Below, piece by piece: positions 48,369 to 57,343 of a stretch of 64,000 nt of DNA. Position 1 is the first letter of the stretch. The number at the start of each line of letters is the position of its first letter. Under the pieces are notes generated by a model. That model was given only the letters and a program-made list of their open reading frames with translations, did no database searches and had not been told where the DNA came from. The stretch spans positions 124,001-188,000 of the IMG/VR virus record IMGVR_UViG_3300037805_000644. One strand, written 5' to 3'. Made by a program: the position numbers and the translations under genes.

Positions 48369-49760
48369 TCAGCCGTTGAGGTTGGCGATTGCGGAGCGGA
48401 TGCGCTTCACGATACCCGGACCCTCGATGGCGCAGATGGCGTCGATGATCGCAGGGGAGTCCGGGTAGCACTCCACTGCCTCAGAGACCCGGGCACGCCA
48501 GTGCTGGCTCTTGTCCCAGGTGGCCACGATCTCTTTGATCGAGTCCTCAGGGCTCTTCCGCTGCGGGCCCGTGTGCTTGAGTCCCTGAGTCAACTCCTGA
48601 ACTGCCTCCTCGGGGGGTCGTGCGGCGGCGGCGAAAAGGGAGTCACCCGGTGTTGGTGTGGAGACCGCACCCGCCCCCATGGCGTCCCCAATGGAGCGAT
48701 CAATGGTCACGATCAGGTCATCGTGCTGGACGACCGGCATCGAGGCTCGCCGCATGTGCGCGGGGTCTACCCCGTCGTCAATGGCGGCGACCTGAGGGGC
48801 CGACCCCACGGTCACAGTGGGGTTCTGCCACTGAGGGGTCCCCCCCACCTGGGCCTGTAGGTTGCGGATGGCGCCCTGATCCCGAATCAAGGTGCCCGCA
48901 GACTCACTGTTCAGGACGGCTCCCGACTGGGAGTCCACCATGACTCCCCGGGTGTTGGTGTATTCCTTGAGCTTGGGATCACCCTCATAGCTCGCAGGGG
49001 CCGAGATGGAGCTGGTCTTGACCTGCCCGATGGAGGTGCCCTGCTGGCTATCCATCGCCTGCACGGTGAACTGCCCCTTGGCGCCGACACGGCGGCCACT
49101 GGACCCATCCGCCGAGTTGTGTCGCTCCCCCCCCATGCTGACCGGCTTCTGGATGGGCTGACCGTACGCGATCTGGTTGATCACAGCGCCATTGTACTCG
49201 TCAGTGGCAAGGCTGAACTCAGCCTCCGACTTGTACTCTTTGCGGACAGGCCAGGGCGGGATGACCCCCTCATCAAACCATGCAGGGACGACCTGCCCGT
49301 TGGGGAGCTGCTTACGGCCAGGCACGTACTGCACCTGGGCCTGACGCCCCGCAGCCTGCTGTTGGGCAGTCTGCGGCTGCTGTGGGGCAGTCTGCGGCTG
49401 CTGTGCTGCCTGCACGGAGCGAGGGGCGTGGACCTGGCCGACGACCTGCTCCTCCTCGGTGATCACTGCCGTCCGCATGGCGACCCGGTCACCCTTGGTG
49501 GTGTCCGCCTGATGAAGCTGCACGCCCGCAGGCTGCGCCCGGTAGGTCGAGGAGGTGTCCGAAACGGGCACCAACCAGCCCCCCAGGACGGCGCCCTTGA
49601 GGGTGGGCATGGGGTGGCTCTCACCGCCCATCTTGAGGGTAATGCCGTCGAACTCAACCTCCTGGTCTTTAACCAGGTCCGTTTGGATGGGGCCGAGGTG
49701 GAAGGTGGTTGTGGCACGAAGCTTATGAAAGGTGCCGTGCTTGAATTGAATCTGACTCAT
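48369..49760 (-). CDS. hypothetical protein, Gln/Pro-rich
   Basis: 463-aa ORF with AAGGA RBS. Confidence 0.7.
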   Translation of the reverse strand: MSQIQFKHGTFHKLRATTTFHLGPIQTDLVKDQEVEFDGITLKMGGESHPMPTLKGAVLGGWLVPVSDTSSTYRAQPAGVQLHQADTTKGDRVAMRTAVITEEEQVVGQVHAPRSVQAAQQPQTAPQQPQTAQQQAAGRQAQVQYVPGRKQLPNGQVVPAWFDEGVIPPWPVRKEYKSEAEFSLATDEYNGAVINQIAYGQPIQKPVSMGGERHNSADGSSGRRVGAKGQFTVQAMDSQQGTSIGQVKTSSISAPASYEGDPKLKEYTNTRGVMVDSQSGAVLNSESAGTLIRDQGAIRNLQAQVGGTPQWQNPTVTVGSAPQVAAIDDGVDPAHMRRASMPVVQHDDLIVTIDRSIGDAMGAGAVSTPTPGDSLFAAAARPPEEAVQELTQGLKHTGPQRKSPEDSIKEIVATWDKSQHWRARVSEAVECYPDSPAIIDAICAIEGPGIVKRIRSAIANLNG

Positions 49761-49827
49761 GTGCCTGTCCTTTAGGGTAATGGGAACCCGCGACTCGCCA
49801 CAATACCCTGCGGATCTCGGGATCAGT

Positions 49828-50112
49828 TCAGTGGGCTGCGCTGGGTGTCATCTCGACCAGGGCCAGGGTCCCTCGGAGCTGGTTGATCATGACGGGCAAG
49901 AGTTTCGGGGAGACCCGCACCCGGGCTACCACCAGGGCTCGGTGCAGGGTGGGGCTGTACAGCAAGAATTCCAAGAACACCCGGGAGGGGAGATCTCCGT
50001 CGAGTACCCGAAAAGCATTGGCATAGACCCCGAGTTCCAGGGGGGGCTCGATGCTGATAGCGAGGTCCACCGTGTGGCTGTCCGTCATCCGGTGCCTTTG
50101 GAAGGGGTTCAA
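49828..50112 (-). CDS. DUF3467-like small protein
   Basis: GVYANAFRV..FLEF..VVARVRVSP; true start probably MTDSH. Confidence 0.6.
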   Translation of the reverse strand: MNPFQRHRMTDSHTVDLAISIEPPLELGVYANAFRVLDGDLPSRVFLEFLLYSPTLHRALVVARVRVSPKLLPVMINQLRGTLALVEMTPSAAH

Positions 50113-50157
50113 GGTTAAACCTTACCGGGTAAGATGGTCAGATTGATGGAGGTAACT

Positions 50158-50589
50158 ATGCAAGAATATGTCGCCGGGTTCATGTTCAACCCTTCCATGA
50201 CCCAGGTCGCCCTGATCAGGAAAAACAGGCCCCCTTGGCAGGCAGGCAAGCTCAATGCTGTAGGCGGGAAAGTTGAGCCTGGGGAGGACCCTTTGAGGGC
50301 GATGGTTCGGGAGTTTGAGGAGGAGACCGGAGTTCACCATGAGAACTGGGAACCCACGGTCATCCTGTCTAAGGATGGGGCGTTCCGGGTCCATTTCTTC
50401 CGAACTTTCTCAGAGAAAGCTTATCAGGTAAAGACCGCCACGGATGAACCCATCGATCTCTATATGCTGGACGATCTGAATGATCTGAATGCAGGACCCT
50501 CTTCGACGACGGTCCCTAACTTGGCCTGGCTGGTTCCAATCCAACTGGATCTCCACCTGGCTTTCCCGGTGGTGCTCGTAGAGAAGTAG
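50158..50589 (+). CDS. Nudix hydrolase
   Basis: GGKVEPGEDPLRAMVREFEEETG Nudix box; GGAGG RBS before ATG 50158. Confidence 0.93.
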   Translation: MQEYVAGFMFNPSMTQVALIRKNRPPWQAGKLNAVGGKVEPGEDPLRAMVREFEEETGVHHENWEPTVILSKDGAFRVHFFRTFSEKAYQVKTATDEPIDLYMLDDLNDLNAGPSSTTVPNLAWLVPIQLDLHLAFPVVLVEK

Positions 50590-50594
50590 TTGGG

Positions 50595-50633
50595 AAAAGA
50601 AAAACCCTCGACACACAAGGTGTCGAGGGTTTT
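50595..50633. terminator. bidirectional intrinsic terminator
   Basis: aaaaccctcgacac-acaag-gtgtcgagggtttt; longer U-tract on minus strand. Confidence 0.9.
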
Positions 50634-50777
50634 AGAGGATCCGAAATGCTGCGGACTGCACGAAAGCTTCCAGACAGCAGTGGGTATTCACGAAGGCAAC
50701 GGCACCTTCCTCCCCACTCGGGAGGCTTGACGTGTCTGTCAAGCCCAACCACCTTAGATGGTTCCGTCTTTAAGGGG
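50595..50777 (-). ncRNA. candidate ~180-nt structured small RNA
   Basis: Between a sigma70-type promoter and a terminator, no credible ORF, several adjacent hairpins. Confidence 0.6.
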
Positions 50778-50783
50778 ACTGGG

Positions 50784-50812
50784 AATCTACACTGTGGTGC
50801 CCCGCCAGTCAA
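50784..50812 (-). promoter_or_regulatory. sigma70-type promoter TTGACT-N17-TAGATT
   Basis: -35 at 50812-50807, -10 at 50789-50784. Confidence 0.7.
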
Positions 50813-50816
50813 GTAA

Positions 50817-52196
50817 CTAGCGGTACTTATCCGCAGTGTAAGAGATTTCGGGAACCTCCACCGAACTCTTGGGGGTGACCCCCGCCTCTGCCTCGATCCG
50901 TGCCGTCAGGTTACGCTGGGACTTGTCCGCCAAGGCGGTTCGCCGCTCATGGGCAGCCTGCACCTGCACCAACTCCAGGTGCAGCTCCTTGATGCGAATC
51001 GACTCCTGCCGCAAAATCTCCAGGCTTGCGTCCAGGTCGATCTGCTCCTGCACATGTCGCAGACGTGCCCGCTCCAGAGCGGCCTCCTCTCGGGCTTCCT
51101 GGTCGGCGGCCAGCTTGGGCAACCATTCCTGGTTGAGGTAATAAGAGAGCGCCGCAGCATGACCCCCACTCAGCTTGAGGTGCCGGGCCTCTGCCTCCAG
51201 GACTACCTCGTACTGCGTCTCGATGTGGAACATGCTTGGGGCCTCCTCGGGCAGCAAGTCCTCGGGGATCTCCTCGGGATCCAAGCCCTCGGGGGTCAGG
51301 CTCGGAGGCTCAGGCGACGCGGAGAGGGGCCCCCACAGGGTGGGAGACGCGGAGGCCAAGGTCACCAGGGCGGGACGGGGGACCGGCTTCGGCGCGAGGC
51401 GTGCCCGCATCGGACAGGCTCCTTCAAGCAGGGCGTCAAAATCGACATCCTCATCGCCCCCACCCGTCTCTGGCTCCGAGAGGGCCTTGGTGGTGTCCGA
51501 GATCACCCTGGAGACCACCTCCTCAGTGATATCCCGCTCAGGAGCCTTGGTGGTGAGCGCATTCGCAGCCACACCCTCTGCCAGCGCAGTATCCCTCGCG
51601 ATCACGGGTGTGGCCTGCCAGGCCCCTCCGATGCGCTCGACGGCACCCGCCCAGGCCCAGGCGGCACCCGGGGGGGCGTCAGGCACCTCAAGGCCGTTGC
51701 GGAGTGCCCGGAGTGCCCGGAGTGCCTGATTCGGAGTCAGGGCACTACGCTGGGCCACCTGGAGAGGAGTCAGCAAACCATCTGCCTGCTGGAGGATGGC
51801 CATCACCAAAAGGCTGGCGGCATGATCCTTCGAGCGGGGGCTCAGCAGGAAAGATGCCCAGTCCGCAGCCTCCAGGCGGGCCCAGACCAGGGACCCATAG
51901 TGGGTGATCTTGAACAGGGGGTCCCCAACGCCGGAACCAGTCCCTTGGTAGAAGACAAGGTTGGAGCCCTCAGCCAGAAGGGCAAGGTGTGCGAACACCC
52001 GGTTGTAGCTCCCGGACGACCGGAAAGTCTTCCCCGTGTGGAGGGACACATGGCCGCCAATGGTGGCCATGTCCAGGCGTCGGCCCTGCTTAGCAAGCTG
52101 AGCAGCAGCTCCGAAAGTCAGGAGGGTGGCCCAAGAGGGCGTGTTGACCCTGCGATGGATACCGTGAATGTCGAAAATGTTGGTCGTATCGGCCAC
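50817..52196 (-). CDS. hypothetical protein (possible wHTH plus coiled coil)
   Basis: 459 aa, AAGGAG RBS; class I variant at 52228-52254. Confidence 0.65.
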   Translation of the reverse strand: MADTTNIFDIHGIHRRVNTPSWATLLTFGAAAQLAKQGRRLDMATIGGHVSLHTGKTFRSSGSYNRVFAHLALLAEGSNLVFYQGTGSGVGDPLFKITHYGSLVWARLEAADWASFLLSPRSKDHAASLLVMAILQQADGLLTPLQVAQRSALTPNQALRALRALRNGLEVPDAPPGAAWAWAGAVERIGGAWQATPVIARDTALAEGVAANALTTKAPERDITEEVVSRVISDTTKALSEPETGGGDEDVDFDALLEGACPMRARLAPKPVPRPALVTLASASPTLWGPLSASPEPPSLTPEGLDPEEIPEDLLPEEAPSMFHIETQYEVVLEAEARHLKLSGGHAAALSYYLNQEWLPKLAADQEAREEAALERARLRHVQEQIDLDASLEILRQESIRIKELHLELVQVQAAHERRTALADKSQRNLTARIEAEAGVTPKSSVEVPEISYTADKYR

Positions 52197-52372
52197 AGGT
52201 TTTTTACTCCTTGTCCTGTCGAGAGAACTACCCTTTATGAGGTAGATCGTTACCCCCTATCTCCACCAGCCCGGTACTGCGGCTATCCTCAACGGGTAAA
52301 GAGTCGGTGGCGACCTGCCTCTCGGTGGTTTCTGGGCTCGCTGTTTTACCTCGACGACTCAAAGGAGTTGCC

Positions 52373-53872
52373 ATGAATCATTGGTGGGAAGAATACGCCG
52401 ACCTATACTCGGACCGTATTGTCAAAGGAAGGCGATCAGCGAGCCGCATCGCCAGCATGACGGGACTCACTCTGACACATGCCTCCGCCCTGGCCGCTTT
52501 CTGTCGCCGAGGTATCACACCTTGCCCCGATCTGGACGACCCCCGCGCCACCAGCACACCCCCGGACGCGGTGCCCCCTGTAGAAGAGGGTGATGGCGAG
52601 GTCACTGAGAAAGAGGCCAGCCAGTTTTTCCTCGACTCCGACTACTTCTACAACAAAGCTGACGACAGCTACGTCACCTGGATCCCGGGCCTCCCCAAGC
52701 CCCTGAACCTCCCCGGCGAGGTCCACCGAGAGATCGTACGGGCCTACAGCAACTACGATGATCAGCCTGCCAGCATCAACCAGATCGCCAGGACCGTGGG
52801 CTTCCCTCGATCCTGGTTGGTCAAGTACCTGCGAGTTCACGGTATCACCCACGACCGGGAGCCCTTCACACCCGAGGAGCTGATGGGCCGCACGGATGAT
52901 GACCTCATCCAGGATGCTCTCCAGCTTCGACGCATGGCGGTCTACAAGAAACTGGAGAAAGCCAAGTGGGCAGATATCCGCAATGATGCCATGAAGTGGC
53001 GGGACCTGGAGACCCATTTTGTGCTCCCGCTCCTGTCGGCATTGGCCGACCGGGAGCCAGCGGTGGTGCGGCCCATCCCCATGAAAACTGCCCAGACCCC
53101 CTTTGCAGGGGTGGTCGGCCTCACTGACTTCCACTGGGGCAAGTACAGCGACCCGGCTGAGAACTTTGAGGCGTTTGACAAGAACATGGCGCGGGAGCGT
53201 CTGTTCGGGGCCACCGAGGACATTGCCTCCAGGCTCCAGCATCTCGGTCGGCCTGAGAAGCTGTATGTGCCCATCGGCTCGGACTTCCTGCATGTGGACA
53301 CCGAGCAGGGCACCACCACCAGCGGGACTCAGCAAGATATGGACGGGACACCTGCTGAGATGCTGGTTTCTGGTTGCCAGCTCATGGAGGAGTGGATCCT
53401 CACACTCACCCAGATCGCACCTGTTGAGCTGGTCCTCATGAGTGGGAACCACGACCGTCTGACGGGCTTGGCTATTCTGCTGTACCTGGAGGGGGTCTTC
53501 CGCACCAATGACAAGGTGACCGTGCGGCTGGACCGGACCCCGAGGGTGTACCGGGCCTACGGGAAAAACCTGATCGGGTTCATCCACGGCGATGGTGTCA
53601 AGAAAACTACGGACATGGCAGGCCACATGAGCCGGGAGGCTTCCCGACACTGGCACGCCTGCCCGCACAAGACCGTCTACACGGGACACCTCCACCACGA
53701 GAAAACCGAGACCGACGTGGCTTTCGGGGTGACTCGCCGCCAGCTCCCCTCCCTGGCGGGCTCAGATCGTTGGCACGCCCTTAATGGGTACGTTGGGGCA
53801 CCTAAGGCTCTCCCACTCTACCTGCATGATCGGGAGCGGGGCCTCCTGACGGTTCTCTACAGCCCCGCCTAA
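52373..53872 (+). CDS. calcineurin-like metallophosphoesterase with N-terminal extension
   Basis: TDFH, GSD, GNHD, HGD, GHLH; class II motif at 52272-52286. Confidence 0.88.
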   Translation: MNHWWEEYADLYSDRIVKGRRSASRIASMTGLTLTHASALAAFCRRGITPCPDLDDPRATSTPPDAVPPVEEGDGEVTEKEASQFFLDSDYFYNKADDSYVTWIPGLPKPLNLPGEVHREIVRAYSNYDDQPASINQIARTVGFPRSWLVKYLRVHGITHDREPFTPEELMGRTDDDLIQDALQLRRMAVYKKLEKAKWADIRNDAMKWRDLETHFVLPLLSALADREPAVVRPIPMKTAQTPFAGVVGLTDFHWGKYSDPAENFEAFDKNMARERLFGATEDIASRLQHLGRPEKLYVPIGSDFLHVDTEQGTTTSGTQQDMDGTPAEMLVSGCQLMEEWILTLTQIAPVELVLMSGNHDRLTGLAILLYLEGVFRTNDKVTVRLDRTPRVYRAYGKNLIGFIHGDGVKKTTDMAGHMSREASRHWHACPHKTVYTGHLHHEKTETDVAFGVTRRQLPSLAGSDRWHALNGYVGAPKALPLYLHDRERGLLTVLYSPA

Positions 53873-54138
53873 TCGGCATCGTGGTAAGCCTCCTCCCGGG
53901 TGAGCACATTGAAGCACCGGGGGGCAGTCCCGTCGGCCAACATCGCCTCCCGCACCTTCTGAGGGACGTAGCTGTTCATGAGCTGCATGTCGGCCCGAGA
54001 AAGCAACACACCCCCTTCGATGTCGATGACCTCAGGCACCGTGCCCTTGAGGCGCATCTCCTGCCGGGCCTCTTCCGAGAGGAGGCCCAGCAGGAGGTTG
54101 ATGTCGTTGGTGCTCATGTAAACGGTAGCGGTGCTCAC
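53869..54138 (-). CDS. hypothetical protein
   Basis: Downstream of class I motif at 54167-54201. Confidence 0.65.
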   Translation of the reverse strand: MSTATVYMSTNDINLLLGLLSEEARQEMRLKGTVPEVIDIEGGVLLSRADMQLMNSYVPQKVREAMLADGTAPRCFNVLTREEAYHDAD

Positions 54139-54166
54139 AGTGTCCCCTTTGTCCCTGTTTTCTCTC

Positions 54167-54201
54167 TCACCTCACCTACTACCGAGGCGCCGAGAGTTAC
54201 C
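54167..54201 (-). promoter_or_regulatory. class I promoter-like motif
   Basis: GGTAACtctcggcgcctcGGTAGTAGGTGAGGTGA. Confidence 0.8.
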
Positions 54202-54212
54202 TTTTTCCGGGG

Positions 54213-55403
54213 TTACCGCAGGAACTTCTTGATGCGGATCACCGCCTCAGGGGGGATTCGGTACTCCTTCTCCCCGGGATGGTAACTGATGCTGGGGTGG
54301 GTCATGTCCACCTCCACCGCCAGCACCCCGATATCCCCGGGGCGCTTCGCCAGATACTCCGCCGTCCTACGGATGTGTAGGAAAAAGGGGTTGAAGCGGC
54401 TTGTCGTTGTGCTGAGGTATGCCTTGTACAGCTTGACCCTGTCCCTGGGCGTGGAGAACACCTTATCGGGGTCACGGTATCGACGGGTCCGCTCCACAGG
54501 GTCTGGCTCAAACAGGTGCCACTTGCCGCCTTCAAAGCTGAAAATGAGTGCGTAGTCACGCCACTCTGTGTCAAGGAAGCTGAGGAACCCTTTTGGATTC
54601 CCCTCCCGCCGGACCCAATCAAGGATCTGAGCAGGCTTCACCCCGCCTTTGTACACCAGTGCCAGCTCCTTATACACCCGAGCAATGCCGAAAGCAGCCT
54701 TTTGGTCATAGGTCATGGAGATGGCACGGCCCCCCGATTTGTCCTCCTGAGATCCCCCCAACCCCATCCCCAAAGCCTCATCGGGGACCGAGCTAGAGAA
54801 CCCTGTGGAGTACAGCTTCCGAGCATTCGCTGAGGCGTGGTAAAGGGTCTCAACAGCCCCAGGCTTCACATCCTTGGTGCGTGTTGCCTCATACCGGGCT
54901 AGATGTACTGCCAGTGCCTTATGCAGCCCTGAGAGAGCATCCTTGAGCCGTGCGGGGCCCGCCAGGACCTGGGGCGGCACACCCTCTTTCCACTCGGCAT
55001 CCCACAGGTACCCCTCCTCCTCCGCAGCTCCTTCAAGAGCCCTGAGTGTGACCTTGCGGAAGGAAGGGACGTGCTTGGACAGGGTGTCCTGAATGCTCTG
55101 AACATCCCCAGCGTAGTCCTGCAACCAAGTGTCGTAAGGGCCGGTGCCCATGTACTCCAGGTGGCTGAGCCTGTACTGGATTTTCCGGTAAACCTCACCC
55201 TGGGGGTTGAGTTCAAACCAGAGCTGGGCCTCACCTGTCAGAGCTTCGAGGAGGTTCCTCAGCTCATAGTCAAAATCGCCAGCACCCTCGTACGCCTGTG
55301 CCCACTCTTGCAAGGCTTTGGACACTGCGGCTTGGGTCTTCTTAACGAACAGGCGTTCGCTGCGGATGGGCTGGGTAAGGGCAACCCGGTCTTGGTTCTG
55401 CAT
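54213..55403 (-). CDS. putative ADP-ribosyltransferase-fold protein
   Basis: TLYHAS ... AISMT ... GEKEYRI in ART strand order. Confidence 0.55.
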   Translation of the reverse strand: MQNQDRVALTQPIRSERLFVKKTQAAVSKALQEWAQAYEGAGDFDYELRNLLEALTGEAQLWFELNPQGEVYRKIQYRLSHLEYMGTGPYDTWLQDYAGDVQSIQDTLSKHVPSFRKVTLRALEGAAEEEGYLWDAEWKEGVPPQVLAGPARLKDALSGLHKALAVHLARYEATRTKDVKPGAVETLYHASANARKLYSTGFSSSVPDEALGMGLGGSQEDKSGGRAISMTYDQKAAFGIARVYKELALVYKGGVKPAQILDWVRREGNPKGFLSFLDTEWRDYALIFSFEGGKWHLFEPDPVERTRRYRDPDKVFSTPRDRVKLYKAYLSTTTSRFNPFFLHIRRTAEYLAKRPGDIGVLAVEVDMTHPSISYHPGEKEYRIPPEAVIRIKKFLR

Positions 55404-55435
55404 GTTTCACCTCACCAGGTGAGGGGTATAAACAA

Positions 55436-55468
55436 AAAACCCTGGCAGGTTGCCCTGCCAGGGGTTTT
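55436..55468. terminator. intrinsic terminator after the major capsid gene
   Basis: aaaaccctggcagg-ttgc-cctgccaggggtttt. Confidence 0.85.
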
Positions 55469-55512
55469 AATGGGTGTGCTCATCAGAGCCGCTGTCTAGC
55501 CTCTAAGGGCTA

Positions 55513-56385
55513 TTAGCGGGTGACGGTGAGGCGGGCCAACCCACGGGGGTTGTAGGCGCCGATACCCAGGTTCTCGAAGACCGAGAAACCGATGGTACGT
55601 GCCTTGGGGTCGTCGGCGCTGAGCACGGTCAGCTCGGTGCGGACCGGGATCCGACCGAAGTGCTCGGGCTCGCAGCACAGGTAGACCGTGCCGACGGGAA
55701 CCAGGCGGCTCACGACGATCTGGGCACCGTAGATGACGCCCATGAGACCAGTCTTGAGCAGGGTGCCCTGGGACTCGATGTCCAAGATGTCACGACCGAA
55801 CTTACGGATGTCCGCGTAGTCACGGGCGTTCATGTAGACACGAGCAACGCGGAGGTCCCAACGCTCGATGAGAGCGAAGGCATCAGCCAGGACCGCACCC
55901 GAGATGGGGGCGATGACCGGGATGTCCGGGTTGAGCTGACCAGGCAGCGAGTCGAAGCCCGCAGTGGCGATGGAGTCGAGCACGGCAAAGACGCGCTCAT
56001 CCTCGGCAGCCTGCACCTGGGCACGGGCCAGGTCCTGAGCACGCTCAATCAGATCGAAGCGGCGCTCCTTGATCTGGGTGAGCGGGATCTCCGGGTTCGA
56101 GGCAATCTCGAACAGGGGGAAGATCACACGACGAGGCTTGGTGATGGCCAGGATGTTCTGACCTTCCTCACCAATCACGAATGCGGTCACATCCGGGTCT
56201 TTGTCGTAGATCGGCAGGGCCCCGTCAGGAAGCTGCTCGACCAGGAAGGTCTTGCGGCCGACTGCGGCGTAGTCACGCCGGGTACGGAGGGGCTGCGTCA
56301 TACTGGCAGCGAGCTTGGCCCGTCCCTGGGGGGACTGGATCAGCTCGCCGATGAGGCGTTGCTTGACGGCGTTTGTAACGGCCAT
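55513..56385 (-). CDS. major capsid protein (HK97 fold)
   Basis: KLAASMTQPLRTRRDY..FLVEQLPDGALPIYD, PLFEIASNP, GFSVFENLGIG; gene order protease-scaffold-decoration-MCP; strong RBS. Confidence 0.88.
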   Translation of the reverse strand: MAVTNAVKQRLIGELIQSPQGRAKLAASMTQPLRTRRDYAAVGRKTFLVEQLPDGALPIYDKDPDVTAFVIGEEGQNILAITKPRRVIFPLFEIASNPEIPLTQIKERRFDLIERAQDLARAQVQAAEDERVFAVLDSIATAGFDSLPGQLNPDIPVIAPISGAVLADAFALIERWDLRVARVYMNARDYADIRKFGRDILDIESQGTLLKTGLMGVIYGAQIVVSRLVPVGTVYLCCEPEHFGRIPVRTELTVLSADDPKARTIGFSVFENLGIGAYNPRGLARLTVTR

Positions 56386-56413
56386 GATTTTATCTCCTTG
56401 AACCCGTCAGGGA

Positions 56414-57121
56414 TCAGACGCGCTGGTCGTAGACCAGCTCGTTCTGGGTTGCGTCAGGTGCCATCTTGAGCACCGCGAGGGTGGTCACGGCGGCGGCACC
56501 GAGGCCACCTGCGTGGACGAAGCCTTCGGCACTCTCGGCGGCAACGGCATCCAACGCCTGGAGGGCGGCGGCGCCATCGACGATGCGACGGGGCTGGAGG
56601 TAACCATTGCGGCTGGCCATGAGGCGCATACCGGCGATGTACGTCAGGGCAGCACCCTGGGCATCCGCACCGATGGCGTTCTGGAGCTGCGTCTCAAACA
56701 GGCCGTTGGCATGGGTGCCCTGGCTGCTGAGGTAGGTGTTCTTACCGCTGGCGGTACCAGGGGTGTTCTCGAAGGCATTGCCGTTCACCGAGTTGATGAA
56801 CACACCCAGAGCGCGGTAGCCGATCTCCTGGGCGTTGGCTGCCGCGATGGCGGTCTGCGTGGCCGCATCACCCGGGCCGCCGATCATGTTCTCGCCAGCA
56901 TCGGGGCGCACAAAGGCGACCGAGCCAGAGAGGACACCGACGAGGGTGCTGTCGACCTGCTGAGAGGTGGTGGTCCCAGCGACGGGATCCACAACGGGGT
57001 TGGCCTGGATGAACGAGTCGGCTGTCATGACGCCGGTTGCGTTCCGTACACCAATGTGCAACGGGCGCAGCGCCGAAGACGACTCGGTCCAACCACCACT
57101 GGCCTGTCCGAGAAGGGGCAT
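56414..57121 (-). CDS. putative head decoration/minor capsid protein
   Basis: Immediately upstream of MCP; class II motif at 57242-57256. Confidence 0.6.
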   Translation of the reverse strand: MPLLGQASGGWTESSSALRPLHIGVRNATGVMTADSFIQANPVVDPVAGTTTSQQVDSTLVGVLSGSVAFVRPDAGENMIGGPGDAATQTAIAAANAQEIGYRALGVFINSVNGNAFENTPGTASGKNTYLSSQGTHANGLFETQLQNAIGADAQGAALTYIAGMRLMASRNGYLQPRRIVDGAAALQALDAVAAESAEGFVHAGGLGAAAVTTLAVLKMAPDATQNELVYDQRV

Positions 57122-57269
57122 AGTGTCCTCCATTCTCCTGTTTACAGGAGGGTGAGTCTCAAAGGGCTACCCCCCAACAAGGAGGACAGCGGCAAGCTGG
57201 AAGGGCTCCCAGACCGGGGCCTTCACTGAATAGGGGGAGGGATAGACGCTCTATTGAGAACCCCCCCCT

Positions 57270-57307
57270 AAAAAAGTAAAGCCCACCCGATTTCTCGGAT
57301 GGGCTTT
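57270..57307 (-). terminator. intrinsic terminator after scaffold gene
   Basis: aaagcccacccga-tttc-tcggatgggcttt with T-tract on minus strand. Confidence 0.75.
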
Positions 57308-57343
57308 AGAGGCCGAAACGGGGTTAGAACCCCCGGCTGGGGG

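Noticed and set aside
50516-50812. 98-aa minus-strand ORF over the candidate sRNA
   Set aside because: Its TTG start is the -35 box, it has no RBS, and it runs through the terminator into the Nudix gene
1304-54201. Recurring ~37-nt motif as a CRISPR repeat or mobile element end
   Set aside because: Copies are kilobases apart, have a variable centre and always precede gene starts; a promoter fits better
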